A DNA stretch of 25,759 nucleotides from Candidatus Heimdallarchaeota archaeon (lineage in GTDB: Archaea > Asgardarchaeota > Heimdallarchaeia > Heimdallarchaeales > Heimdallarchaeaceae), in contig JAAFKJ010000087.1 in the NCBI GenBank assembly GCA_021399395.1, forward strand, positions 1 to 25,759. The letters are read 5' to 3'. The translations under genes and the position numbers were made by a program. This document shows, one piece after another, positions 1-10,098 of this stretch; positions within the stretch are counted from its first letter, which is position 1, and each line of letters begins with the position of its first letter. The notes under the pieces are model-generated. The model ran no database searches. It saw only the letters and a program-made list of their open reading frames with translations, and was not told where the DNA came from.

Positions 1-551
1 AGATATATCTTAGCTCCAGAAAAGACTGCATAATCATAAGATACATCAAAACTCTGAGCGATCCTTATTTTATCAGATGCTAATACTTCATCTTTATTAT
101 GTATTGTCTGTTGAGTATTGAATTCTTTACTGGTTGTTATTGATGTTATATTATACTGTAAATTATCTGCAGAATAGCCAGAGATGGATGTTATAGTATA
201 AGATTCAGTTAAGCTGTTATCAGAGTTTAGAGAAACGTTGTCTGAGTGATAAACCTGGAGAGTGTCATCAATTGTAAAATCATCTCCAGAACCAGATACA
301 TCTAGAATCGGGTTGTAATCAAATTGGAGAGGAGAAATTTCCGGATAATTATCTAATTTACTTGTACCATAGAAATAATTTTCTTCAGTACCAAAGTTGA
401 GATATGGTTCAATTGATGATACATCTCCATTCTTCTCTAATACTTGAACACCAGAAATCGGAATTGACGTTTGAATGAAGAGTAAGATTAGTAAAATTGC
501 AAATATCTTCGAAATCAAATTCCTAAACTTATTATATCGAATAGAATCCAC
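1..551 (-). CDS. Large secreted/surface protein, N-terminal part (runs off the left edge); paralogue of 686..3931
   Basis: Not in the ORF track. Hand translation from GTG at 551 is open to position 1: VDSIRYNKFRNLISKIFAILLILLFIQTSIPISG (signal-peptide-like)...YNPILDVSGSGDDFTIDD...YTITSISGYSADNLQYNIT...IRIAQSFDV. This matches YNPVTNVSDMGSTFTARD...YTIDLISGFTAENLQYGIT...IAIAQGFEI of the neighbour. Exact start uncertain. Confidence 0.85.
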   Translation of the reverse strand, partial: MDSIRYNKFRNLISKIFAILLILLFIQTSIPISGVQVLEKNGDVSSIEPYLNFGTEENYFYGTSKLDNYPEISPLQFDYNPILDVSGSGDDFTIDDTLQVYHSDNVSLNSDNSLTESYTITSISGYSADNLQYNITSITTSKEFNTQQTIHNKDEVLASDKIRIAQSFDVSYDYAVFSGAKIY

Positions 552-685
552 TCTCCATTATTCTGATAGATACATTATGCAAAATCGACTTAAAATTCTT
601 TCCAATATTCAAGTATTTTCTTGAGCAGTCTCTTAAAAGAAGAAATTGGGAAAAAATAACACTGAAACAATGAACATAATTAGAC

Positions 686-3600
686 TTATCTTTTTGTAAA
701 TGAAGAAAATTGTGTTCGCTCTAAAATCCCTTTGTTTACAAGTCTGAATACGCTAGTAAGTGTTTCTTCCATTGGTGAATCTTGGTTTTTTGTGAGAAGT
801 TCGCTAACAGCTGCTTGTTCTTTCTTCTTCATATAAAGAGCAATTCTCAAATCATTTTTGTCTAATTTCTTTATTTCTCCAGTTTTTGCCTGATTAAATC
901 TAAGTGGGAAATATAACCATACATACAAAGAATCAGCTACTTTATCTTGAACTAAGTGCTTCTTCTCTTGAAACATCTCTATTCTTCCATCCCAAATAAC
1001 CTCTTTTATTTGGAAACTGTATTCGAACCACATTATTATATCAAACAATTTAGCTTGAACTTCCTTGATTATGTCTTCAGCAGTGAAAAGATAGATGGTA
1101 TATGTTTCAGATCTTGCGCTACTAACTACGAAGTTTCTATATTCAAGTTTTCGTATTTCTCCCGCTTCTGTCCCACTAATTGTTCTCCCCATTTGTGTTA
1201 CTGCTGCTAAGAAACCAGACACCAATGTTGATTCAACTGCGGATTTCTCGCCTATGTCCACTTCGAAAACTGGAAGGCTTGTTTCTGTATGCAAAATCAG
1301 TACTTTCTTCATCGCAAGCACACTATCTAGAAGACCTACAACTTTCGATTTATCTTGAATATCCATAATTTCAGAAGGTTTTCTTCTATGAGATATTACA
1401 GTAGCCATAATAGCTATTATGGTTACTACCACAAATGCAGATCCAGCAATAATGAGTATCACATACAATGGTAATGGGGGCTGCGCACCAGCAGTAACGT
1501 CAACTGCGAAACTAACAGAGATTATTTCTTCCGCATATGAAGCTTTGAAGTTTTCTTTAGTGACATCCAAAGATATGCTAGCATGTCCTGATGTAATTCC
1601 ATAATCAGCTAATTTCACGCTTACATAAATAACTCCGCTTTGGTTTGAAACAGAATAAAACTCATTAGATACTGGATTGTTGTTGATTTTTAGTGAAATT
1701 GAATCAGGTAGAATTGAACCTTTCATTATATCTGTTTCATTGATTATACTGAATGCCAAAATTACTTCTTCAGAATTGTTTGTTTCTATATTCTGCTGAA
1801 CTGGTTGAATACTATATACGTTGAAAATTTCAACTTGAATATCTACCATTTCTTGAATACTCCATGAATCATTTACTGTTAATGTTACAGTTCTCAAACC
1901 AGCTGTAGTAAGTATTGGAACAGCTCCACTAAACTCAAGTGGGTATTCGTCAAGATATCCTTCAAGATTCCAACTAGTTAAGTAACCTATACTTGCATTT
2001 TCGATTGGAGTACCAAATTCTGTGAAGAAAGGTTCAGTGTTAGAGAAGAATGAAGCTTTGACATTTAATGCATCGCCATTCATTCTTAGAATAGTCTGAG
2101 AGTCATCAGCTGTCCAGACATCACTTGAAGGGAGGGTTTCCCAAGAAGCATTAAAGATGATTGAAGATTGGATAGAAATTTTGGTAGAGTATATTCCTAT
2201 CTCTGTTCCATTTTCCCAGAACACAAATGCAGTCCAGTAACCAACGGGGTCACTTCCATAAACAGAAGGATCCAAAGAAATGTCTGAGGTATACAAACCT
2301 GAGCCACTTGATGTAATCCCTGCTTGTGTATAAGATGAAGTATCTGTGTAAGATAAATTGACTGGTAAAGAAGATTTGATAGGAAGAATATTTCCTTCAG
2401 GATCAAATAAAGTAAAGTTTAGATCGCCTGTATCTTCTAAGTTCTTAATATTAATTGACGCATAAACTGTATCACCCTCATTCCCATAAGCAGTGACACC
2501 GTCATTAGTCCAGTAACCTAGAGTAAATTCTTCACTAAGACCAATGTCATCAGATAGCGATAGGGTTTGAATATAATTCGGACTACTCGTATGAAGGTCA
2601 ATAATACCAGCATCAGTATTATTCCCTAACAGTAAGAGATACCCTTCAGAAGTTTGTGCTTTTGAGGATATTGGTGTTGAGTTGTAGTAAGCGTTTGGAA
2701 CATCATACCAATCTGCTGGTGTATAAAGAAGTTGAGTTCTATTGAAATTAGTGTATGGAGAATAGTCGACAGATTCTATGTTCCAAGTAAAATTCCAGTA
2801 AATTGAGAAAGAATCAAAAGTCGAATTATAGGCTTCAAAAATTGAAGAAGCTACCGCATCATTATAGAATGCGTAAACGTTAGTAAAATCTATCTCAATA
2901 GATGTATCTGACGTAATATTATGTGATCCAGCAGAAGAGATAGAATCAGTAAAAGTATTGACAGCTACTAAATTATCTTCAAGAGTAATTTCGTCTAAGT
3001 CAGGAAAAACCATTGCTGTACCATTTTCATCTACAGGTAACATATCTAAAATTAAAGTATGATCTATCGGAATCAAAGAAGACCAAGTAAAAGTATCATC
3101 TCTATAATAGGTGTCTCCACCAAATCCTGAACTTTTTAAGCGTCCTCTCCAACTAAACAATTTTTGAGCAGAATCATCCCATACTGTGAGATTTGCAACT
3201 ATAAAATAGAATCCTTGCTCCAAAGTAACATCATTAAAATCATAATAGGTTGTGACTCCTGGAGAAGTTAATGGATTTACTACATTGTATGAACTATTAA
3301 CATCACTTGAGATAACATTGCTCATATTTGGTTTTCCAGATGAAGTTTCAGCCTTAACAAGAAGAAGTTCTAGTTCATTATTTCCGGTGTGAGCAACATC
3401 TCCAAAAAGATCTAGATTCAAATAGGCTCCATAAAAAGTGGCATTTGACCATATTATTTCAAAACCTTGTGCAATTGCTATTACAGATGGATCAATTATG
3501 ACTTGTTCATCATCAAATAAATCTTCAATTGTATAATTATCTTGTTTTGCTCTAACTTCCGTTATTCCATACTGTAAATTTTCAGCTGTAAAACCTGATA

Positions 3601-3931
3601 TAAGGTCTATTGTATAATCAGATACAAATTTATCCTCGATATCATCATAAGTTAGATTCAAGCTGAAATCATGGTCTACTGTTAGTCTGTCTCTTGCTGT
3701 AAAAGTCGAACCCATATCTGAAACGTTTGTTACAGGATTGTAAGCATTCATTGAATATTCTGAGATATCATTAGAAGTATCTCTAGAGTAAATTGTGTCT
3801 GAAATTGGAAACTCACTATTAAATTGATTAGAATCAGCTGCTTGTAGTGATATACTACTATAGAGCATCACACCGATTATAAAACTGACAAATAATTTTC
3901 TTGAATTTATTTTACTCCTCGAGTTTCTCAT
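686..3931 (-). CDS. Large single-pass (type I) membrane protein: signal peptide, ~790-aa acidic S/T/D/N-rich ectodomain, TM helix, cytoplasmic longin-like plus winged-helix-like region
   Basis: 1081 aa. N-terminal hydrophobic stretch LFVSFIIGVMLYSSISLQA; many N-x-S/T sequons; TM PLYVILIIAGSAFVVVTIIAIMATVIS followed by HRRK; C-terminal region KKVLILHTETSLPVF...LVSGFLAAVTQMG...IRKLEYRNF resembles longin/roadblock-like domains. Confidence 0.8.
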   Translation of the reverse strand: MRNSRSKINSRKLFVSFIIGVMLYSSISLQAADSNQFNSEFPISDTIYSRDTSNDISEYSMNAYNPVTNVSDMGSTFTARDRLTVDHDFSLNLTYDDIEDKFVSDYTIDLISGFTAENLQYGITEVRAKQDNYTIEDLFDDEQVIIDPSVIAIAQGFEIIWSNATFYGAYLNLDLFGDVAHTGNNELELLLVKAETSSGKPNMSNVISSDVNSSYNVVNPLTSPGVTTYYDFNDVTLEQGFYFIVANLTVWDDSAQKLFSWRGRLKSSGFGGDTYYRDDTFTWSSLIPIDHTLILDMLPVDENGTAMVFPDLDEITLEDNLVAVNTFTDSISSAGSHNITSDTSIEIDFTNVYAFYNDAVASSIFEAYNSTFDSFSIYWNFTWNIESVDYSPYTNFNRTQLLYTPADWYDVPNAYYNSTPISSKAQTSEGYLLLLGNNTDAGIIDLHTSSPNYIQTLSLSDDIGLSEEFTLGYWTNDGVTAYGNEGDTVYASINIKNLEDTGDLNFTLFDPEGNILPIKSSLPVNLSYTDTSSYTQAGITSSGSGLYTSDISLDPSVYGSDPVGYWTAFVFWENGTEIGIYSTKISIQSSIIFNASWETLPSSDVWTADDSQTILRMNGDALNVKASFFSNTEPFFTEFGTPIENASIGYLTSWNLEGYLDEYPLEFSGAVPILTTAGLRTVTLTVNDSWSIQEMVDIQVEIFNVYSIQPVQQNIETNNSEEVILAFSIINETDIMKGSILPDSISLKINNNPVSNEFYSVSNQSGVIYVSVKLADYGITSGHASISLDVTKENFKASYAEEIISVSFAVDVTAGAQPPLPLYVILIIAGSAFVVVTIIAIMATVISHRRKPSEIMDIQDKSKVVGLLDSVLAMKKVLILHTETSLPVFEVDIGEKSAVESTLVSGFLAAVTQMGRTISGTEAGEIRKLEYRNFVVSSARSETYTIYLFTAEDIIKEVQAKLFDIIMWFEYSFQIKEVIWDGRIEMFQEKKHLVQDKVADSLYVWLYFPLRFNQAKTGEIKKLDKNDLRIALYMKKKEQAAVSELLTKNQDSPMEETLTSVFRLVNKGILERTQFSSFTKR

Positions 3932-4061
3932 CTATAGACCTCTAGTTTAATTATGAGTCTCTTTTGATACTAGTTAGTATTTTCTATTTATATTTATGTA
4001 AAGTACTAAAAGTATAGTTTCTTATTCAGATAAGCAAAGATTATACTTCAGTAAACTAATG

Positions 4062-4742
4062 CTATCTCTTATCAAATTCAAAAAAAGTCTGTGTAAATTG
4101 GTCAGAGGTAGCTATTATGATGAACTCCTTTTCAACAAGTTTGAAAATCAATGTCAATAACTCTTCATGCGTATAGTCATCAAACTCATTCATCAATCTC
4201 ATTATAGATGTCTGTTTGTGTTCAGCAAAGTGTGCCAAGATTTCTCTCAACAATGAGCTCTCACTCTCTATTTCAGCTAACTTTGAAATATCAATTTCAA
4301 GTGGATAGAGAAGCCATAAACTGAAGAGATGAGTAATCTTGTCCAATATACTCATCTTGTAGTAGTCTGAAAATTCTCTTGAATAATCTCCTTCGGAACT
4401 ATCAAATCCGAAAACTAAATCAAACCATCTAACTATATCGCTGACCTTCACTCCAACATCACTTAACATTTCTCTCTCACAGAAAAGATAAGCTGAGTAA
4501 GAGCTGTAACTTCCACAATAGACAACAAACCCATAATATTTAATCAAACGCACGTCAGCAATTGAACCAATTATCTCTACCTCTTGTGGTTCTTGATTTT
4601 CGAGAATATCACAGATAATAGATGGATCCAAAGTGATTTCACTATTCATATCCATTTCAAAAAGAGGTAGGCATTGTTCATGTTGAACTACAAGAATTTT
4701 CCTTATCATGAAGACATCTTGGAGTATTTTATCATATTCCAT
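4062..4742 (-). CDS. Stand-alone longin-like plus winged-helix-like protein, paralogue of the cytoplasmic region of 686..3931
   Basis: RKILVVQHEQCLPLFEMD...DIVRWFDLVF...LFSLWLLYPL...IFKLVEKEFI aligns by eye with KKVLILHTETSLPVFEVD...DIIMWFEYSF...LYVWLYFPL...VFRLVNKGIL. Confidence 0.75.
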   Translation of the reverse strand: MEYDKILQDVFMIRKILVVQHEQCLPLFEMDMNSEITLDPSIICDILENQEPQEVEIIGSIADVRLIKYYGFVVYCGSYSSYSAYLFCEREMLSDVGVKVSDIVRWFDLVFGFDSSEGDYSREFSDYYKMSILDKITHLFSLWLLYPLEIDISKLAEIESESSLLREILAHFAEHKQTSIMRLMNEFDDYTHEELLTLIFKLVEKEFIIIATSDQFTQTFFEFDKR

Positions 4743-5085
4743 CTGCTGCTTACCTCATAATTTCTATAATAATATTACTGATTCATGCTTATTTAAAATT
4801 TGTAAAGTGACCAATGAGTTGTAATGCTTTAAATAGGTAGATTTGTGTTATATATACTCAGGTAACAATGGGAAAAATTGGAGATTTCATCTCAAGGTTT
4901 TTGTTTAGAATGTTTCCCCAAAGAGAACCTACCCTCTTAACTGCTGAGCGAAATGCTTATGAGAAGGAAGGACGTATTTTTTAGGTATAAAAGGAAACAA
5001 GGATAAATCCCGAATAATCGAAGGGATGGCTAAAAGAGGATGGGGCCCATAGCTCCAACTTTCAAGATTTAATGGAGAGAAAGGA

Positions 5086-5682
5086 ATGTCACGTCCATTT
5101 ATCGATCATGGTATAGAATCTTATCAACTCGTTTTGAATAGAGAGGAAGATAGAGAATTCTTGGAAACATTAGGAATCAATGAAATTAATGTAAACTATT
5201 TTCTTAAAGGAAGTTATGAAGAGAGAGCAAAGTATCTTGGACGCCAGAAAGGTATTCTTGATATTTGGTCTATAATATTGATTTTACTACTTGTTGGATC
5301 AGGATACTCTTTGTTTAGTGCTATAGATGGTTGGGTCTATGGATATGTTCTTTTTGGGATAGGAGCTTTATTATCCCTACTAATAATCTTTGGTAAAGTT
5401 ATGTCTAGAAAAACTGAAAGAGAAGATCCGCTAAATATCAAAACAAAAGAGAGTATCAATTATGTTGTTTTGAAGTCAATCGAGTTCTTCACTAAAGAAT
5501 TTTCTCTTATCGAAGTGGACCGGTATGTAGTTGATGATTTCATTCAATTCCATTCAAAAGGAATAGAAATGGAATTTGAAGATATTAGAGATCTAGTTGA
5601 AAGCTATGCGATAGATGATCCAAAAGAAGAAATCATGGCAGAGTATCTTAAAGGGATACTTAATCCAATAGAAAAAAAATGA
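5086..5682 (+). CDS. Hypothetical membrane protein with two TM helices
   Basis: 198-aa ORF with hydrophobic segments IWSIILILLLVGSGYSLF and YVLFGIGALLSLLIIFG; may have a disrupted 5' extension (see findings). Confidence 0.7.
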   Translation: MSRPFIDHGIESYQLVLNREEDREFLETLGINEINVNYFLKGSYEERAKYLGRQKGILDIWSIILILLLVGSGYSLFSAIDGWVYGYVLFGIGALLSLLIIFGKVMSRKTEREDPLNIKTKESINYVVLKSIEFFTKEFSLIEVDRYVVDDFIQFHSKGIEMEFEDIRDLVESYAIDDPKEEIMAEYLKGILNPIEKK

Positions 5683-5748
5683 AGTTTACTTCTAGTTGTT
5701 GACCATTACTCCAAAAGTCCATTTATCAATGTTCGAATTATTGTCTAA

Positions 5749-6486
5749 CTATCTATCATCTGAAGAAGTTTCAATATATCCGTCTATTACTAGATTGAAT
5801 ATTTCATAAAGAATTTTTTCTTCATCATATTCTTTGTATCCATCTAAAATACGTGCAGCAGTACATCTCAAATTTTTCTCAATACATTCGAAAATTAATT
5901 TTGCAGTGTCAGATATCCTTCCTTTATCCAAGGTCTGATCTTTTGATGTTTGCAAAGGATAGAGTAACCATAAAAACAGATTTTGAGCAATTTTACTTTT
6001 AATAATTGCTCTACTCATCTTGTAAACATCCAACGATCCATCCCAATTGTCTCTCAAAGAACTAAAGGTAGCGCTAAACCATTGAACTAAATCTTGCATG
6101 CCCTGTTCTATCTCCTTAACCAATTCCGTTTCAGAGAAGACATAGACAGTAAATCCTTCACAATATGCCCCAGTAATCACAAAACCATGATACTGCAGTT
6201 TTTTGAACCCAGTTGGTCTGCCAACCATTTCTTGCCCTATTGTTGAGATAGCTTGTAGAATGCTAGTAATCATTGCATCTTCAATGGTTACTGTATTTTC
6301 TATGTCCCTTACAAAAACAGGTAAGCTTGTCTCTTGATGGACAATGAGAACTTTATGTATCATAAAAACTGTTTGATAAATATCTCTAAGTTTATTCTTC
6401 TGTTGATATTCAGTATCAACACTGCTAATTGTATCAGTCACTTTTGAACCCCAAATAGATTTCCCAATCCAAGAAAGTAGTAACAT
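5749..6486 (-). CDS. Stand-alone longin-like plus winged-helix-like protein (third paralogue)
   Basis: HKVLIVHQETSLPVF...MITSILQAISTIGQEM...FKKLQYHGF...WDGSLDVY...LFLWLLYPL...IFNLVIDGYI, clearly similar to 686..3931 C-terminus and to 4062..4742. Confidence 0.8.
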   Translation of the reverse strand: MLLLSWIGKSIWGSKVTDTISSVDTEYQQKNKLRDIYQTVFMIHKVLIVHQETSLPVFVRDIENTVTIEDAMITSILQAISTIGQEMVGRPTGFKKLQYHGFVITGAYCEGFTVYVFSETELVKEIEQGMQDLVQWFSATFSSLRDNWDGSLDVYKMSRAIIKSKIAQNLFLWLLYPLQTSKDQTLDKGRISDTAKLIFECIEKNLRCTAARILDGYKEYDEEKILYEIFNLVIDGYIETSSDDR

Positions 6487-6686
6487 AGTTCAATCTTAAA
6501 AAGTTTTTGCGAAAACAATAATAAGAAACAGGATTTTTCATAGTTTAGAAATTCAAATACTAATCTACCAACTAATAACCTACCTTTTTGTAATGTCTCC
6601 TTTCTTGGAAGTAGACCTTAAAGCAAACTAAGGCAATTTTTTCTGAAACAAGAATATTTATTTGATTTTTCTAAAATATATATATT

Positions 6687-7250
6687 ATGTCTTCAACAGA
6701 AGATTGGTATTTTGGTTATTGCTTCTTAGATGATCCTGATGAAGAGCTTACTGAGTTTCTAGAACGAGTAGAAGAGGGAAAAGCCTTAGATATTGCATGT
6801 GGAAGTGGTAGAAACAGTTTCTATCTGGAATCTTTAGGTTATGATGTTATTGGAATAGATATGTCAAATATAGCTATTGACTTGATAAATGAGAAAGCTA
6901 AACAAAAGAAGTCCAAAGTTAGAGGAGTGGTTAGTGACATTCATGATTATCAATTCCAAGAGAAATTTGATATAATTGTGTTAAGCTACATCTTAAATTA
7001 TTTCTTAAGAAGTGTTGAGCAATTAGGCACCCTAGACAAGATTATTAACCATATTAAAATTGGAGGGATGATATATGTCAAAGTTCCATATTCTGATGAA
7101 TATATAGGTAGTGTATCGCTCAAAGAAGGAATGTTAAGAAGTACATTGAATGAATCCAATTGGGAATGGGAGATAATTTATGATGAAGTTAAATACAAAG
7201 CAGAAGATAAGAATTATGGTACTTATTCGTTTCTAGCTAAGAAGCTTTGA
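6687..7250 (+). CDS. Class I SAM-dependent methyltransferase (TehB-like)
   Basis: Motif I KALDIACGSGRNS, acidic post-motif VIGIDMS, and FDIIV motif. Confidence 0.9.
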   Translation: MSSTEDWYFGYCFLDDPDEELTEFLERVEEGKALDIACGSGRNSFYLESLGYDVIGIDMSNIAIDLINEKAKQKKSKVRGVVSDIHDYQFQEKFDIIVLSYILNYFLRSVEQLGTLDKIINHIKIGGMIYVKVPYSDEYIGSVSLKEGMLRSTLNESNWEWEIIYDEVKYKAEDKNYGTYSFLAKKL

Positions 7251-7303
7251 ACAAACACTAAGAATTTCTGTTATCTATTACAGAAAAATCAAGAAAGTTG
7301 GAG

Positions 7304-7332
7304 GATACAAGCCTTAGAAGACCTTCGTATCC
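7304..7332. terminator. Possible stem-loop between convergent genes
   Basis: GGATAC...GTATCC inverted repeat between the methyltransferase and SDR stop codons. Confidence 0.3.
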
Positions 7333-7343
7333 CATATTACTAA

Positions 7344-8417
7344 TTAAATATGAACTGTTTCTCTCTGACCACCATCTACATTGATGTTCTGACCAGTAAT
7401 CCATCGGCTTTCTTCCGAGGCGAGAAATACGAGTACTGGTGCGATATCTGAATAAGGGTCACCAACCCGCTGCATCGCATTATCTTTCATCATTGACTTT
7501 ACCCATTCAGAGTAGTCTGGTGAGAGTTTGTCAACAATAGTGTCTGTAATGGCCACAGGACTGATTGTATTCACTCTTATGCCATCAGCTCCCCATTCTC
7601 GAGCAACAACCATTGAAAGGGCACGGATTGCCCCCTTATCAGCTGCATAAGAAGCATACATCTCCAGCCCTACTTGATAGGTACCTGAACAGAAATTGAT
7701 GATAGACGAAGATTTTCCTTTCATGTAAGGATAGCACAATTTCATCAGGTGCCAGTGGGCGTAAACACCAGTTTGTAAAGATTTGTCTAGCATTTCCACA
7801 TCTTGATCAAGGAAGAGCATTCTGTCCGCTTCAAAATTTGCATTATTGACCAGCACGTCAATCGTTCCAAATTTCTTCACGGTTTTATCAATAAATTTCT
7901 TCAAATCATCATATTTCGAGACATCGCATTTTTCAGCTAATACTTCAGCTCCTTCAGCCTCGCATAGCTCCGCTGTAATCTTCAGCTTGTCCACTGATCT
8001 GGCACATATAGCCAATTTTGCTCCTTCCTGAGCAAGACGGATGGACATCTGTTTACCGAGACCAGCACTAGCACCTGTAAGGATCACAACTTTTCCTTCC
8101 AGTCTTTTCGTGGGGTCAGGAATTTTCTCGATAGTATAACCTGGAGTTGAGGAAGTAGGTTCTTCGTCAACTTCTTGTTCTGTAGGAAGTTCTTCATCAT
8201 CCTCTAATATAGCCTGAAGATCAGTATCTATATCTGGGAGTTTCTCTTTAGGAAAACCCGATCCTGGCATGTTGGCAATAAACTTCAGAGTCATTCTAAA
8301 TCCCTTCTTCAGCTGAGGATCTTTGGATATTCCTGGTAAATGCTTCTCTAGAACAGCTTTTGCCTGGGGACTTTTCATTAAGTCACCCAATTTTGATTTA
8401 ATAGAATATTTTGTCAT
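7344..8417 (-). CDS. Short-chain dehydrogenase/reductase (SDR) with an additional ~70-aa N-terminal domain
   Basis: TGASAGLG nucleotide-binding motif, IDVLVNNA, catalytic YxxxK (YAADK), GIRVNTISP, ITGQNINVDGG; an acidic linker separates the N-terminal domain. Confidence 0.92.
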   Translation of the reverse strand: MTKYSIKSKLGDLMKSPQAKAVLEKHLPGISKDPQLKKGFRMTLKFIANMPGSGFPKEKLPDIDTDLQAILEDDEELPTEQEVDEEPTSSTPGYTIEKIPDPTKRLEGKVVILTGASAGLGKQMSIRLAQEGAKLAICARSVDKLKITAELCEAEGAEVLAEKCDVSKYDDLKKFIDKTVKKFGTIDVLVNNANFEADRMLFLDQDVEMLDKSLQTGVYAHWHLMKLCYPYMKGKSSSIINFCSGTYQVGLEMYASYAADKGAIRALSMVVAREWGADGIRVNTISPVAITDTIVDKLSPDYSEWVKSMMKDNAMQRVGDPYSDIAPVLVFLASEESRWITGQNINVDGGQRETVHI

Positions 8418-8651
8418 GTCCTAATTTTTTAATTGTATATATAAAAAGATAAGCCCTAAATGATGATCTACTATAATTGGACACAAATGTATCCAAATAT
8501 AAGGCTATTAGAAGATGGTTATGGATGTTAGGAAAAAGAGAGCAAGCACCGGCGCCCTAAAGTTGCCTCAAATAAGGTTTCATCTAATTTAAGTCTTTCA
8601 ACCTCAAGAAAATAATGAGTTGTAAAAAAATTGGAAAGAAAGTTCTGAATA

Positions 8652-9776
8652 TCAATTCTTCCTTTTCCTTCTAAATCTCAAACTTAAGGCTAAAACACCT
8701 ATAGATAGAACTACGTAGATAGAAACTGATGCTTCTTCTTCTAATAGTTCTTCAACATTCCCTAGTCCTGTAAATACTGGAATAGCATTTAGAGGGTACA
8801 AATCTTCTGAATTTGCGGGACCTCCTATTTGATATGAGCCGCTTCCACTCCAATCTTCCCAATAATTCCCTTCATTGCTATCATCATCATACCAAATGTT
8901 TGATGTACCTTCATCCTCTGCTTGAGAAGAACCTAGTACATTATTATCTATAAACACATTATGATGGATTTTATTTTTACTAGCTATATCGCGCAGGTAT
9001 ATACCATATTCAATATTACTAACCAGTGTATTATACATCAAGTCGTTATTCTGGGCATCTAACAATTTTATACCATACTCTGCATTATCTATACAAGTAT
9101 TATTAGCTACTATACAATCTGAAGCTGTCCCTAGACTTATTCCTATCCTAGTTTCTACGAATGTATTGTTTACTATTTTACAGTTATCAGTTTGATAAAA
9201 TGAGATACCATCCATAAAACTCTCATAAATAAGATTTTCTAAGATTACTGACCCATCTGCTGCTTCTAGATAAATACCTTGATTTACGTTAATAATATTG
9301 TTCCCCTCTATTAGAAGATTGAAACCGAATCTGACTTCCAATCCAATGCCTAAACATGTAATATAATTATTTATAACTCTACATACACCATCGTTAACTT
9401 TCTTTATGGTGATCCCTGGACCACGTGCATTAACATAGCAATTTTGTATGGTAAAATATTTCTTAGAATCTTCTATATATATACCTGGAATTCCAAATTG
9501 TTCCGAATTTATATTCAGGTTTTGAATCAAATAAGGATCTTCTTTAGTTCCTGAACCTGGGAAAGAATAATCGGTGAAATTATCATTTATTACATTAATT
9601 GTTGTGTGATTAACTAGTCCTGAAGGTGGTGGTGGAACTTCAATTGATATCAGAGTTTTTGTCTGTTCCATTTTGGTTGCGGATACATTAGAATTAGTAT
9701 AAGCAAAAGACATTAAAATTAAGAAAAATGATAATGCTGCTAGAATTTTGTTTCGATTTTTATTTTTTTTCGACAT
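8652..9776 (-). CDS. Right-handed parallel beta-helix (NosD/pectin-lyase-like) surface protein with C-terminal membrane anchor
   Basis: Signal peptide; GSGTKEDPYLI motif; repeated GIxL...N.I..N units; GNYWEDW and DLYPL end motifs; C-terminal TM followed by basic tail RFRRKRKN. Confidence 0.88.
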   Translation of the reverse strand: MSKKNKNRNKILAALSFFLILMSFAYTNSNVSATKMEQTKTLISIEVPPPPSGLVNHTTINVINDNFTDYSFPGSGTKEDPYLIQNLNINSEQFGIPGIYIEDSKKYFTIQNCYVNARGPGITIKKVNDGVCRVINNYITCLGIGLEVRFGFNLLIEGNNIINVNQGIYLEAADGSVILENLIYESFMDGISFYQTDNCKIVNNTFVETRIGISLGTASDCIVANNTCIDNAEYGIKLLDAQNNDLMYNTLVSNIEYGIYLRDIASKNKIHHNVFIDNNVLGSSQAEDEGTSNIWYDDDSNEGNYWEDWSGSGSYQIGGPANSEDLYPLNAIPVFTGLGNVEELLEEEASVSIYVVLSIGVLALSLRFRRKRKN

Positions 9777-10098
9777 TTCATAACTTCCTTATCGCAAATA
9801 GTAGCTAATCAAAATAGTTATTTAAACTTTTTGAATTAGAAAATATCAATTTTCTAAAGAAGACCCTGTCAGATTCTTATATAATTATGATCTATTTTCT
9901 TCTATTCATTTGCTACTGCTCTCATCTTCAGTGGTTCAACAAATAATATTGGTTCTAAATTGCATAGAATTCCTTTAATATTCAGCGAATCTTTGCTGAT
10001 ATCTTTGTTTTTACCTAACCATTTCTAATTGAGAATAACAATTATTCAAGACTCCATTTAAAGCTGATAGTATCAAAATCTATAGTATCCCTGGATTT

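Noticed and set aside
956-2406. Short ORFs overlapping the 1081-aa gene (956..1210, 1095..1358, 1180..1368, 1419..1604, 2197..2406)
   Set aside because: Antisense or alternate-frame shadows with no recognisable motifs.
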